NCBI GenBank assembly: GCA_002104945.1
Contig: MCFH01000032.1
Coordinates: 310,001-374,000 of the forward strand
Length of the DNA: 64,000 bases
Reading direction: 5' to 3'
Source of the DNA: Piromyces finnis finn
Taxonomy: Eukaryota > Fungi > Neocallimastigomycota
Part shown: positions 19,964-31,619 of the stretch, in pieces
How positions within the stretch are numbered: the first letter of the stretch is position 1
Layout: each line of letters begins with the position of its first letter
Notes under the pieces: model-generated
The model's input: only the letters and a program-made list of their open reading frames with translations
Told to the model about the DNA's origin: nothing
Database searches by the model: none
Program-made: the position numbers and the translations under genes

Positions 19964-22325
19964 TAAGTGTCGTACCAATGTCGCATACAACTTTCTCCGC
20001 TTCTGGAACTAAAGATGTTATTGGGAGGTCAATTAAGAATTCTGGGTCATACTTTAAATTAGCCTTGAAAGGTGACATTTTAATGGATTCCTGAATAGCA
20101 TTGTTATAGGCAAATTCTGCGAGTGAGGTATACAAACTTCAGTCAGAATGTTTACTGTTTGTTAAGCACCTGAGATACTGTTCAATTATATTACTAAGTC
20201 TTTTTGTTTGTCCATCAGTCTGTTGATAATGAGCAGTTGAAAGCTTGGATTCACAGTGTAGCAGCTTACAAAAATGTTGGAAGAATTTGGAATTAAATTG
20301 TCTACCGCGATCTGATATAATTTCCTTTGGAATACCATGTAATCTGAATACATTATCCAAGATAAGTTGCGCAGTTTCTTCAGCTGAGGGAAGCTTTCTA
20401 AGTGGAATGAAATGTCCCATCTTCGATAATCTATCCACCATTGTTAGGATAGCGGAGTAATTGTTCGATTTTGGTAGATCTGTAATGAAATCAAGGGATA
20501 TTGACGACCATTGTTTTTCAGGTATTGAGAGTAGTTGAAGAAATTCATATTGTTTATGATTACTGTTTCTATTACACGTATCACATGAATTTACAAATCT
20601 ACGTACATCCCCCTCAGACTCTTCCACCAAAAGTTTCTACTAATAAATTCGAGAGATTTTCTAATACCAAAATGACCGGAAGAGGGGGGAATTATGGTGA
20701 CATTAAAGAATTTCAACATGAAAAACTTCGGTAATGTAAATCCTAAGATTGTGTAACGAATCATAGAAATAAAGAGGTTGTCTTAATGGTTAGTAACTAA
20801 GACTTTGGTCCGAATGTCTTAAGTTTGAGACCTCTAAATTACTTTTTTTAATTCATTTATTTAAATTTTGATTTTGATTTTTTACCAACATGAAGTTTTT
20901 TGATTGGTTAAAAAATTTGAGTTGTAAAAATCTTTTAAATTAATTTTAAAAATTTTAATATAAATACGAGTGAATTTTTCCAAATATTTAAAAAAAAATT
21001 GAGTTTTTATTAATTAATAAATTATTGTTAAATATTAACCTATTAAGTCAAAATTTGTGCGTTTTTAATAAAAATTTTAAATATTGATAATTAATAGTTA
21101 ATAAAAGTGTTTTAAATTTACTAAGTTATTTTGGTAAATCATTATAAATTTCTTTTTATTGTTAAGAACACATTTCTTTACAGATTGTAAAGAAGAATGA
21201 CATCCTTGAAAGTGAAAGGGGAATTGGGGAGATTAAGTCTTGTTGGTAGAATTAAAGTAAGTATCTGAAGGTAAGGCTGAACGAATCTTTTCTAATAGGG
21301 AACTATCACTTAAAGTGGTAACAGGCGAAATGCTTGTGAAATTAGAAATATTAAGAATTGAACCTGAATTAGTAACTTTATGTTTGTAATCCAGGTCTAC
21401 GAGATAAGCAATCAGCTCTATTTTTTGAACCAGGTTTGTATTTAATAACAAAATCAAAACGAGAGAAGAAGATACTCCAGCGAATATTACGTTGGGAAAA
21501 ATAATCTAATTTACGCTCAAAAAGAAGATTACGATGATCGGAGAAGACAGTAATTTGATGAATTGCACCTTCAATATGGTGTCTCCATGTCTGGAAAGCT
21601 TCTTTGATAGCAAGGAGTTACTTGTCGTAGATTGGGTAATTACATTCAGCGTTGGTTAAAGCTCTGAGAAGAAAGAAACAGGATGAAGAGAACCATCAAA
21701 TTCCTGAAGAAGTACACTACCGATAGCGAAGTTACTAGAATCAGATTCAATGATGAAAGGCTTATTCGGATCGGCATGGCGAAGAAGACTGTCAGAAAGG
21801 AAAGCATTTTTTAAATTGTTGAACGCTGAGACGGCAACAGAGTCCAAAATGAAAGGAACATTTTTCTTTAACAATCGAGTCAAGGGCGCCACGATTTTTG
21901 AAAAATTCTTTATAAAACGTCTGTAGTAGTTACAAAAACTCATGAATTGTTGGATGTATTTGGTATTTTGGGGAAGAGGCCAATTAAGAATGGCGTCTAC
22001 TTTATTCTTTTCCATTGATATACCAGAACCAAAAAGATGGAGGCCAACAAAATCAATTTCAGGGACATCGAATTCACATTTTCCAAGTTTAACATAGAGG
22101 TTATTCTTGAGAAGACGTTCGAGAATTAAGCAAACATGCTTATGGTGTTCCTCTAATGTATTAGAAAAAATGAGAATATCATCAATGTAAGCCAAGGGAA
22201 ATCGTCGAGGAAATCGCTCAAAAATATCCTTGATGAAATGCTGGAAAGTAGCTGAGGCATTTTTAAGATCGAAAGGCATAACTAAATACTCAAAATAGCC
22301 AAATCTAGTGTTGAAAGACGTTTTA
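19962..22325 (-). mobile_element. Gypsy pol fragment D (RT C-term, RNase H, integrase), split by a solo LTR
   Basis: TRFGYFEYLVMPFDLKNASATFQ, YIDD, ESDSS, HHNSPSSGHFG, WSSISLDFITDLP and QTDGQTKR. Both ends are truncated. Confidence 0.9.
20752..21182 (+). mobile_element. Solo LTR of family C inside integrase of fragment D, TSD GATTG
   Basis: A diverged copy of 10777-11207. GATTG lies at 20747-20751 and 21183-21187, and excision restores LLYNLRIYI in frame. Confidence 0.93.
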
Positions 22326-23227
22326 TATTGATGATATACTTATTTACTTTAATAATATAGAAGATCATCATGAATACGTCAAAAAAGTCCTTAAGAAGTT
22401 ACTCGAAAATAATCTTTATGATAAATTAGAAAAACTGTTAATCGATTCTATTTTATAGGAACTTAAAAATGATGATTTGTATAATTCTATCGTCCAATTC
22501 AAAATCAATGGTTCTTCAAATAATGCTCCTATTAAAAATATTGATAAATTTATAATTGATAATGAAGAGGTTTTTTTTTTATATTTGTGTAATGGCGACA
22601 CAGAAAGAATAGATTAGGATATCTATTCTATTACAATAACACTAAATTTAAAATAAAAATAAAAAATTGTTTTATTAAAAATATCTTTTATTATAATAGA
22701 ATTTTAATAATAACAATTACATCGATAAAATGATGAAAAATATCTTCTATTTATATTTTTCCTAAATACATTTATATTATATTATAACTATTTATTTCTT
22801 ATATATTATTATTTAAAATCTACACTAAAATCTTAATTATTAATAAATATTTAAACTATAACTATTTTTAGTAAAATACAATTGGCAATTCAAATTAAGT
22901 ACTATTCAATTTGAATATGTGCCCATGTATTATTGATATATTAATCATTTATTATTTATTTATTTCTATGAAAAAACAATACTAAAACTAGGGATTTAAA
23001 TTGAGAATATTAATTTACTTGTTAAACATTAAAAATAAACTAATAATTTATTTTGTTTTAAACTTTAATTATTAATAAATAAATTATGTCTCATTTTCTT
23101 TTTCTGAATATAATTTGTGTAACTTAAACAATAATACTTGTGGCTTAAGTTACATTAAAGATATCAAACAGAGGCGTTTGATATCTTTACAATCTCTCTC
23201 TCTAAGTCGAGCTCCTGCGAGATTAAT

Positions 23228-26200
23228 TTATAAGGAATCTTTTCTCGAAGGAATTTCAATTACAAATGGTTGGTATCTGTGCTTGATTAGATTACCAACT
23301 TTATTCTTTCTAATTTTCATGGAGGAGTCGTTCGACTTATATTTTGACTTTTTAGAGTTTCTTTCAAACTCTTGTATTAATTGTTTATCTGGAATCTGAT
23401 CTTCAGAAATCCAAGTGGATTTGTCAAATCCTTTCCATGATAACTTATAAAATGTTTCACCATTAACAGATTTCATCTTTTCAATTTTCTCTGGAATTTT
23501 TTCAATTAAATCTGTGTTAAGGTGAATGTTCCTCTTCCTACGATTAGACCTGTCGTTAAACTTGTTTTCAAAGTATGGTTCTAACAATGAAACATGAAAG
23601 ACTGGATGACATCTCATTGTCTTTGGAAGTTTCAATTTGAAAGCGAGAGAACTAACTTTTCCAATTATCTTAAATGGGCCAAGCATTTGAGGTGCTAATT
23701 TTCTCTTTAGGTTAGTTCCAGGAGAATCTTTCAATAACCATACCTTCTTTCCCACTTCGAACTCCGGGGGAATCATTCTCTTCATATCGGCATATTTCTT
23801 ATATGTTTCTTTTGCTTTTTCTAAGTTTTCTTTTAATAATTTAAAGTTTTCATTCATATCAATTACTCTTTGTTCAGCTCTACTAGGTCTATCATTAGCT
23901 GGAATTTCTAAGCTGAACTTTGGATGAAAACCATAATTAGCAAAGAATGGAGATTGATTTATAGATTGTTGTAAAGTATTATTATATGCAAATTCAGCAA
24001 ATGGGATAAGATCAACCCAGTTATTCTGCTTTTTATTTATAAAACAACGGAAATATTGTTCTAATATGCCGTTCACCCTCTCCGTTTGACCATCTGTCTG
24101 CGGATGGTTGGCAGTTGATAATGAATGATTGATATTAAGAAGGTCACAAAGTCTTGACCAAAAGTCAGAAGTAAATTGCGAGCCTCTATCAGAAATGATG
24201 GAATCAGGAAGACCATGCAAACGGAAGACATTAGCAATAAAAGCATCAGCAGCAATCGAAGCAGTAGGAAGACAACGTAAAGGAATGGCGTGAGCAAATT
24301 TAGTAAATCTATCGACAACAACCATGAGAGTTGTCATATCTCTGGACTTAGGAAGATCAACAATAAAATCAATAGAAATATCAGACCAGGGCCTACTGGG
24401 AGTGTCCAAAGGGGATAACAATCCATAAGGCTTATGTCTGGGGACTTTGGATTTGCAACAAGTCACGCAAGATTTGATAAAAGATTTAACGTCTGAATGA
24501 AACCTTGGCCACCAAAAGTTTCTGGAGATCAGTTCAGTGGTTTTCTTAATACCGAAATGACCAGCAGCAACAGAATCATGATGAAGTTCCAAAACTCTTG
24601 TCCTAAGAGATTTAGGAACATAAATAAGATTATTATATAACAAAAATCCCTCGTTATCAATAATAACTTTATCAATATTTTTAATAGGTGCATTACATGC
24701 AGAACCATTCATTTTAAATTGGACAATAGAATTATACAAATCGTCATTTTTAAGTTCTAATAAAATAGAATCGATTAACGGTTTGTTATCGCTATGATGA
24801 AACGAAATAGTAAGACAAGAAACATCAGAATTAATATTATTCTCTAAATGGTCACTTCTACGAGACAGGATATCAGGCTTACCGGATTTCTTTCCAGCTC
24901 TATAAATGAGTTTAAAATCAAATCTGGATAAGAACAAATTCCATCTAATTTGTCTCTGAGATAACATTTCAGGTTTTCTAGGAAATGTTAAATTCTTGTG
25001 ATCAGTATAAATTATGAACGGATGGCGTGCACCTTCTAAATAATGACGCCATTCTTCAAGAGCAACTACAATAGCTAAAAGTTCCTTGTCATATATAGGA
25101 TAGTTTCTTTGACAACTCGTCAAACTTTTAGAAAGAAATGCAATAGGATGTAATTTGCCATCAAATTCTTGAGAGAGAATAGCACCGACAGCATAATTAC
25201 TAGCATCAATTTCTACAATAAATTGTTTATTACTATCCGCATGTTTCAGAATAGGAGCTGACGTGAACAGAGATTTTAATAAAATAAAAGCGTCCTGATC
25301 TTCTTTCACCCAGTTAAAAGCAACATTCTTTCTAGTGAGTTTGTGAAGAGGGTTTGCAATTTTAGCAAAGTCTTTAATAAAAATTCTGTAATAATTGCAT
25401 AAACCAATAAAAGACTGAACCTCTTTAACATTCTTGGGAACCGGCCAATCGAGAATTGCTTTAACTTTATTTTCATCCATTTGCAATCCATCCTTTGAAA
25501 TGACATAACCAAGAAAAGTGGTTTTCTCAACATCAAACTCACATTTTTCTAATTTAACATAAAGATTATTTTCAAGTAGTTTCTTAAGTACCTTTTTAAC
25601 ATGCTCATGATGTTCTTCGATATTATTAGAATAAATAAGAATATCATCAATATATGAGATAACAAAATCGTCTAAATAGTCACTAAGGACATCGTTAATG
25701 AAGTGTTGAAAAGTTGCAGGTGCATTCTTTAATCCAAAAGGCATAACCAGATATTCAAAATGTCCATATCTAGTACGAAAAGCCGTTTTGTATTCGTCAC
25801 CTTCTTTAATACGAACAAGATTATAAGCGGATTTAAGGTCTAATTTAGTAAAAATCTTAGCATTTTTCACCCTATCCAAAAGGTCACTAATTAAAGGTAA
25901 AGGATATGAATTACGAATGGTAATATCATTCAACTTTCTATAATCGATACAAAGTCTTAGGGAGCCATCCTTCTTTTTAACAAATAAAATTGGGGCACCA
26001 GCAGGAGACGATGATTTCCTAATAAAACCTTTATTTAAATTATCATCAATATATTTTTTAAGTTCCTCTCTTTCAACTTCAGTTAATGGATACAAAGGTC
26101 CATAAAATAAAGTCGAATCATCTTTAAGTTTGATTTCACAATCATAAGGTCTATGAGGAGGTAACACTTCACAATTTTTTTCATTAAACACTTCACTAAA

Positions 26201-27820
26201 TTCTAAATATTGGGTTGGTACGGCGACCAATTTATCTTTATTAATATCTTTTCCATTATTATTATTATTACTACATGATTCGTTATCATTATTACATGTT
26301 TCATTAATTTTTGTTACAATACATTTAACTTTTTTATTAAAACTAATATATTCATCATCGCTATCATCTTCATCATTGATGGTTCTAACAAGGCGGCCTT
26401 TAACATATTCTTTTTCTTCATTGTTTGGGACAGAGGGATCTACTTTCGGCTTTTTGGTCAAGCTTCGGTCGAGAACATCATGATCTAACTGATCATTCTT
26501 TGACTTCTTTCTTGGTTTTCTCTTTCTTTTGCCTTTATTACAATGTCTGGCACAATAACCAGAACTAAAAGCGATTTTCTTAGAGTCGTAGAAAGCATTT
26601 GGATTATGCTTCTTTATCCACGGCAAACCAAGAATAACATCAACACCGGGGACTTGTAATCCATAAAGTTGAATTACTTCGAAGTGATTTTTGCAACGGA
26701 GCATGCACTTCTCAGTCCTTTCCCAAACACTAACAACTCCATCACTAACACCAGATACACGGAATGGTTCTACTTTTTCCAAATTAATACCAAGGTCTTC
26801 AGCAAGACTTGGATTAATGAAATTTAATTCAGAACCGGAATCAATTAAAACCTTAATTTTAACTTCCGAAACTTCATTGGTACTCAGGTAAAAATCCACA
26901 AGGTTTAAATCACTTTTCACTCCCTTGACTCCAACTTTGTAAATTTTTGGATTAACAATTTTTGGAGTCCTTTCTTTAACAATTCTTAACACTTTTCTGG
27001 GATTTACTCTATTAGGACAATTAAATTTTAAATGTCCCGGTTGTTTACAAAGAAAACATAACCCTTTTTTCTTTTCTTCTTCAAAGTTATCTATGTTTTT
27101 ATTGTAATTTTTACTTGATCCTTGAATATTCACATACCTTTTTCGTTTATTCTCTCTACTAATTTTAAATACATCCACATCCATAGGATCATTAGCCCTT
27201 CTACCATTAAAATAAAATTCACTTAAAGAATTCCTTTTCATCATATCTTCAACTAAAATAGTTGAAGAAATCAATTGTTCAATTGAAGTTGGGTTTGATT
27301 CAATGAAAGCCAACTTCTCCCTAAGTGGTGGTAATAAACCTTTCAGAAACATGTAGATTTTTGCGCTATCATTAAAGCTTGAATTTTGGCTAATACGTTG
27401 AAACTCGGTAATGTAATCTAATACCTGACCAAGTTTCCTTTGGCGAAGATTATCTAATTTACCGTTAGCTACAACGGTATCGTATCTATAACTGCCAAAA
27501 TTAGCCTTCAACCTATCTACAAATTCATCATAATGATTTAAAACCCCACTATTATTCTTCATCAACACTGAAGTCCATTCCAAAGGTTTACCAGAGAAGT
27601 ATGATATAACGAAGTCGACCTTGACTCGATCTGTATTATACAGTGTCGGTCGAGTACGAAATACCAACTCAACTCTGGTTAAAAATCCATCCAATTCTCT
27701 TTGTTTACCAGAAAATATCGGTGGAGCATTAATAATGTTCCCCGAATTCCCAGAAACACCCACAGTCCTATCACCCATCTCTAAATTTAAACTTTCAAAC
27801 TCACTAATTAAGGCCTCCAA
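23228..27820 (-). CDS. gag-pol: Gag-Pol polyprotein (CA, CCHC, PR, RT, RNase H, IN, degenerate chromodomain), 1530 aa
   Basis: CFLCKQPGHLKFNC, LIDSGS, YIDD, EIDAS, HDSVAAGHFG...CVTC, ISIDF, ISDRG, QTERVN and C-terminal YKLSWKGFDKSTWISEDQI. Confidence 0.97.
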   Translation of the reverse strand: MEALISEFESLNLEMGDRTVGVSGNSGNIINAPPIFSGKQRELDGFLTRVELVFRTRPTLYNTDRVKVDFVISYFSGKPLEWTSVLMKNNSGVLNHYDEFVDRLKANFGSYRYDTVVANGKLDNLRQRKLGQVLDYITEFQRISQNSSFNDSAKIYMFLKGLLPPLREKLAFIESNPTSIEQLISSTILVEDMMKRNSLSEFYFNGRRANDPMDVDVFKISRENKRKRYVNIQGSSKNYNKNIDNFEEEKKKGLCFLCKQPGHLKFNCPNRVNPRKVLRIVKERTPKIVNPKIYKVGVKGVKSDLNLVDFYLSTNEVSEVKIKVLIDSGSELNFINPSLAEDLGINLEKVEPFRVSGVSDGVVSVWERTEKCMLRCKNHFEVIQLYGLQVPGVDVILGLPWIKKHNPNAFYDSKKIAFSSGYCARHCNKGKRKRKPRKKSKNDQLDHDVLDRSLTKKPKVDPSVPNNEEKEYVKGRLVRTINDEDDSDDEYISFNKKVKCIVTKINETCNNDNESCSNNNNNGKDINKDKLVAVPTQYLEFSEVFNEKNCEVLPPHRPYDCEIKLKDDSTLFYGPLYPLTEVEREELKKYIDDNLNKGFIRKSSSPAGAPILFVKKKDGSLRLCIDYRKLNDITIRNSYPLPLISDLLDRVKNAKIFTKLDLKSAYNLVRIKEGDEYKTAFRTRYGHFEYLVMPFGLKNAPATFQHFINDVLSDYLDDFVISYIDDILIYSNNIEEHHEHVKKVLKKLLENNLYVKLEKCEFDVEKTTFLGYVISKDGLQMDENKVKAILDWPVPKNVKEVQSFIGLCNYYRIFIKDFAKIANPLHKLTRKNVAFNWVKEDQDAFILLKSLFTSAPILKHADSNKQFIVEIDASNYAVGAILSQEFDGKLHPIAFLSKSLTSCQRNYPIYDKELLAIVVALEEWRHYLEGARHPFIIYTDHKNLTFPRKPEMLSQRQIRWNLFLSRFDFKLIYRAGKKSGKPDILSRRSDHLENNINSDVSCLTISFHHSDNKPLIDSILLELKNDDLYNSIVQFKMNGSACNAPIKNIDKVIIDNEGFLLYNNLIYVPKSLRTRVLELHHDSVAAGHFGIKKTTELISRNFWWPRFHSDVKSFIKSCVTCCKSKVPRHKPYGLLSPLDTPSRPWSDISIDFIVDLPKSRDMTTLMVVVDRFTKFAHAIPLRCLPTASIAADAFIANVFRLHGLPDSIISDRGSQFTSDFWSRLCDLLNINHSLSTANHPQTDGQTERVNGILEQYFRCFINKKQNNWVDLIPFAEFAYNNTLQQSINQSPFFANYGFHPKFSLEIPANDRPSRAEQRVIDMNENFKLLKENLEKAKETYKKYADMKRMIPPEFEVGKKVWLLKDSPGTNLKRKLAPQMLGPFKIIGKVSSLAFKLKLPKTMRCHPVFHVSLLEPYFENKFNDRSNRRKRNIHLNTDLIEKIPEKIEKMKSVNGETFYKLSWKGFDKSTWISEDQIPDKQLIQEFERNSKKSKYKSNDSSMKIRKNKVGNLIKHRYQPFVIEIPSRKDSL

Positions 27821-28045
27821 CGTAAACTATTAAATAAAATAAAAAATGTTTTCTTACTACTGTTTCAAGTAAGTAATCTTAATTTTTTTTTTTTTTACAC
27901 TAATACAATCTATTTAAATACAAAAGTTATTCAAACGCGTTCTGCAAAGCAGTGTCGAACAAGTTTTGTATCTATATATTGATTCCTTCGGTAGAATTCC
28001 TTTAACAAGGGCAGCAACAGAGTTTAACCTATAATTGTTTCAGTA

Positions 28046-28168
28046 ATTCTTCTTCTATGGTAGCAACCAAGTTCTTCTATAAATTCTTCTTCTGTGGTAG
28101 CAACCAAGTACTTCGGTAGATTCTTCTTCTATGGTAGCAACCAAGTTCTTCTATAAATTCTTCTTCTG
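28046..28168 (-). repeat. Leader tandem array of element B, ~3.3 x 37 bp
   Basis: The plus-strand unit ATTCTTCTTCTATGGTAGCAACCAAGTTCTTCTATAA is repeated with few changes. Confidence 0.9.
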
Positions 28169-28207
28169 ACAGTAGTAGATATCCTAACGTACTCTTGAAG
28201 TAGTTAG

Positions 28208-28218
28208 GTAATTGTTAT
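28208..28218 (-). promoter_or_regulatory. Primer-binding site of element B (self-priming type), ATAACAATTAC
   Basis: Follows the 5' LTR on the minus strand and is complementary to GTAATTGTTAT at 28352-28342 within the LTR. Confidence 0.85.
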
Positions 28219-31200
28219 TGTAATGGCGACACAGAAAGAATAGATTAGGATATCTATTCTATTACAATAACACTAAATTTAAAATAAAAATAAAAAATTG
28301 TTTTATTTAAAAATATCTTTTATTATAATAGAATTTTAATAATAACAATTACATCGATAAAATGATGAAAAATATCTTCTATTTATATTTTTCCTAAATA
28401 CATTTATATTATATTATAACTATTTATTTCTTATATATTATTATTTAAAATCTACACTAAAATCTTAATTATTAATAAATATTTAAACTATAACTATTTT
28501 TAGTAAAATACAATTGGCAATTCAAATTAAGTACTATTCAATTTGAATATGTGCCCATGTATTATTGATATATTAATCATTTATTATTTATTTATTTCTA
28601 TAAAAAAACAATACTAAAACTAGGGATTTAAATTGAGAATATTAATTTACTTGTTAAACATTAAAAATAAACTAATAATTTATTTTGTTTTAAACTTTAA
28701 TTATTAATAAATAAATTATGTCTCATTTTCTTTTTCTGAATATAATTTGTGTAACTTAAACAATAATACTTGTGGCTTAAGTTACATTAAAGATATCAAA
28801 CAGAGGCGTTTGATATCTTTACAATTTGATAGCCTTATCTATGTTCCTAAATCTCATAGGACTAAAGTTTTTTAGAATTTCATTATGATTCTGTTGCTGC
28901 TGGCCATTTCGGTACTAGGAAAACTGCTGAACTTATTTCAAGAATTTTTTGGTGGCCAATATTTCATTTCGTTGTTAAATTCTTTATTAAATCCTGCGTA
29001 ACTTGTTGTAAATCTAAAGTCCTTAGACATAAGCCTTATGGATTGTTATCTTCTTTAAACACTCTTAGTAGGCCTTGGTTTGATATTTCTATCGACTTTA
29101 TTGTTGATCTTCCTATGTCAAGAGACATGACAACATTTATGGTTGTTGTCGATAGATTTATTAAATTTGCTTATGTTATTCCATTACATTGTCTTCCTAC
29201 TGTTTCGATTGCTGCTGATGCTTTTATCGTTAACATTTTCCGTTTGCATGGCTTTCCGGATTCTATTATTTCCGATAGAGGCTCGCAATTTTGATTTTTA
29301 GTCATGACTTTGTGACCTTCTTAATATTAAGTATTCATTGTTGACTGCTAACCATCCGCAGATAGATGGAGAGGGTAAACGACATATTAGAACAATATTT
29401 TCCATTGTTTTATTAATAAAAAATGAAATAACTGGGTTGATCTTATTCCATTTACTGAATTTTCATATAATAATACTTTACAGCCATCCGTTAAATTAAT
29501 CCCTTTTTTTTTTTACTAATTATGGTTTTCATCTAAAGTTCAGCTTAGAAATTCCAACTAATGATAGGCCAGGTAGATCTGAATAAAGGGTAATTGATAT
29601 GAATGAAAACTTTAAAAGAAAATCTAGAAAATGTAAAAGAAACATATAAGAAATATGCCAATATGAAGAGAATGATTCATCCGAAATCCGAAGTGGGAAA
29701 GAAGGTAATGGTTATTGAAAGATTCTCTTGGAACTAACTTGAAGAAAAAAAAATTAGCATCTCAAATGCTTGGTCCATATGAAATAATTGAAAAAGTTAG
29801 TTCTCTCGCTTTCAAATTGAAACTTCCAAAGACAATGAGATGTCAACCAGTTTTTTCATGTTTCATTGTTAGAATTATACTTTAAAAACGAGAATTTAAC
29901 GATAGGTCTGATCGTAAGAAGAGAAATATTCATCTTAACACAGATTTAACCAAAAAAAATTCAAAAAAAATTGAGAAGATGAAATCTGTTAATGGTGAAA
30001 CTTTAAATTATCGTGGAAAGGATTTGACAAATCCACCAGGATTACTAAAGATTAGATTCCAGATAAACAATTAATACAAGAATCTGAAAGAAACTCTAAA
30101 AAGTTCAATTCTAAGTCGAATGAGTTCTCTAAGAAGAATAGAAGAATAAAGTTATACTTGATATCTTTAAATTTTAGCCACGAATACACTATATTTCTCA
30201 ATTTAATTTTTTAGTTATAATATTGTTCCTACTTAATAGAAATAGATAAATAGCACATAATTATTAAATAATTAATATATAAATAATACATTGGTACATA
30301 TTCAGATTGAATAGTACTTAATTTTACTAAAATAGTTATAGTTTAAATAATTTATTAATAATTAAAATTTTTGCCTATGTTTTAAATAATAATGTATAGA
30401 GAATAAATAGTTATAATATAAAATAAATGTATTTAGGAAAAATATAAAATATAAATAGAAGATATTTTTCATTATTTTATCAATGGGAATGCTATTATTA
30501 AAAATTCTATTATAATAAAAGACATTTTATAAAACAAATTTTTTTATTTCTCAATTTTTTTTTTATTTTGGTGTTATTGTAATAATAAAAATAGATATTC
30601 TGATCTATTCATTCAGGATAATAATAAAACCTAATAGATTTGAATAAAGTAAAATAAAGTAAAGTTTACTTTAATATGTATAAAAGCCATTATCTTCTTT
30701 CACCAGAGAAGGTTATATACATTTTAACAAATTCAAAATATTCAACATGATAGTAATGAAGATTTTTATTAGTCATGAAACTCATATTTATTCCAATACT
30801 GATAAAAGTAATTTAGATGATTTAATAAAAGTGCGTAACTTTTGGAGGGTTTGGAAAATAATAATATTTTTATTATTCCTCATGATAATTGTAATCATTT
30901 TGGTTAATTTCATGAAGTATATATCCCAGTCTATTTTCTATTGATATGACTGTATCACTTTAACAATAAAAAATGACTAAAAATCACTGGATAAAAGTAA
31001 TAATAAAAAATGAATTAAATACTTTATATAATAACAAGATTATGATTTTTATAAAAAAAAAAAAAATCCCTCAAAAAACATAAATATTATTTCTATCAAG
31101 TAAATATATAATTATAAAAAAAAAGGCTCAATCGTATTATTATTAAATATTAAAAAAAATTAAAATAAAAAGTATTAATAATGATATTCCAAAGACTCTA

Positions 31201-31619
31201 ATACAAATATCAATTAGTGTCTTTTGACGCACCCTAAATTAAAATGGAATACCTACCAAATTAGACATACAAGTAAACAATATCTTTAAAATACTTTATT
31301 GTTAATAATATAGCAAATATTATTTCGAATCTCCATCCGTATCAGAATAGAAAAAAAATGGTTAATATTTTTAATTTTTCTATTAAATATATATTGATTT
31401 ATGATGAATTTAGCATTTTCTGATTTTTTTTTTTTTTTTTTTTTTTAACGGCATCAAATATTATAAACTTTATTATTAATTTAATTAAAATTATAATACA
31501 TGTAATAAAAAATTAAAAAATAAAAATAAAAATAAAAAAAATATGTTTAAATAAACACAAATGAATAAAAATTGGGTATAATGTATTCTAGTAATTTTAA
31601 TTAAAGTAAGAAAGCCACT

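Larger units (their letters stand above)
22588..28823 (-). mobile_element. Intact full-length Ty3/gypsy element B, TSD ATTTG
   Basis: LTRs 28219-28823 (5') and 22588-23191 (3') differ by about one substitution and one indel by eye. TSD ATTTG lies at 22583-22587 and 28824-28828. PPT AGAGAGAGAGAT (minus strand) is at 23192-23203 and the PBS at 28208-28218. The ORF is single and uninterrupted. Confidence 0.97.
22321..30620 (+). mobile_element. Old degraded copy (B0) of family B, interrupted by the young element B
   Basis: 22321-22587 encodes YIDDILIY...KKVLKKLLENNLY and then, after an internal deletion, LIDSIL*ELKNDDLYNS. 28824-30160 continues LIYVPK...GHFG... through the integrase. A degenerate 3' LTR lies at ~30166-30620. 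Confidence 0.88.

Noticed and set aside
30640-31350. Possible degraded transposase or gene between B0 and the LINE
   Set aside because: Only short open stretches in mixed frames; no motif I can recognise.
31424-31446. Poly(A) tail of the LINE
   Set aside because: Homopolymers of this length are ubiquitous here and no TSD could be paired with it.
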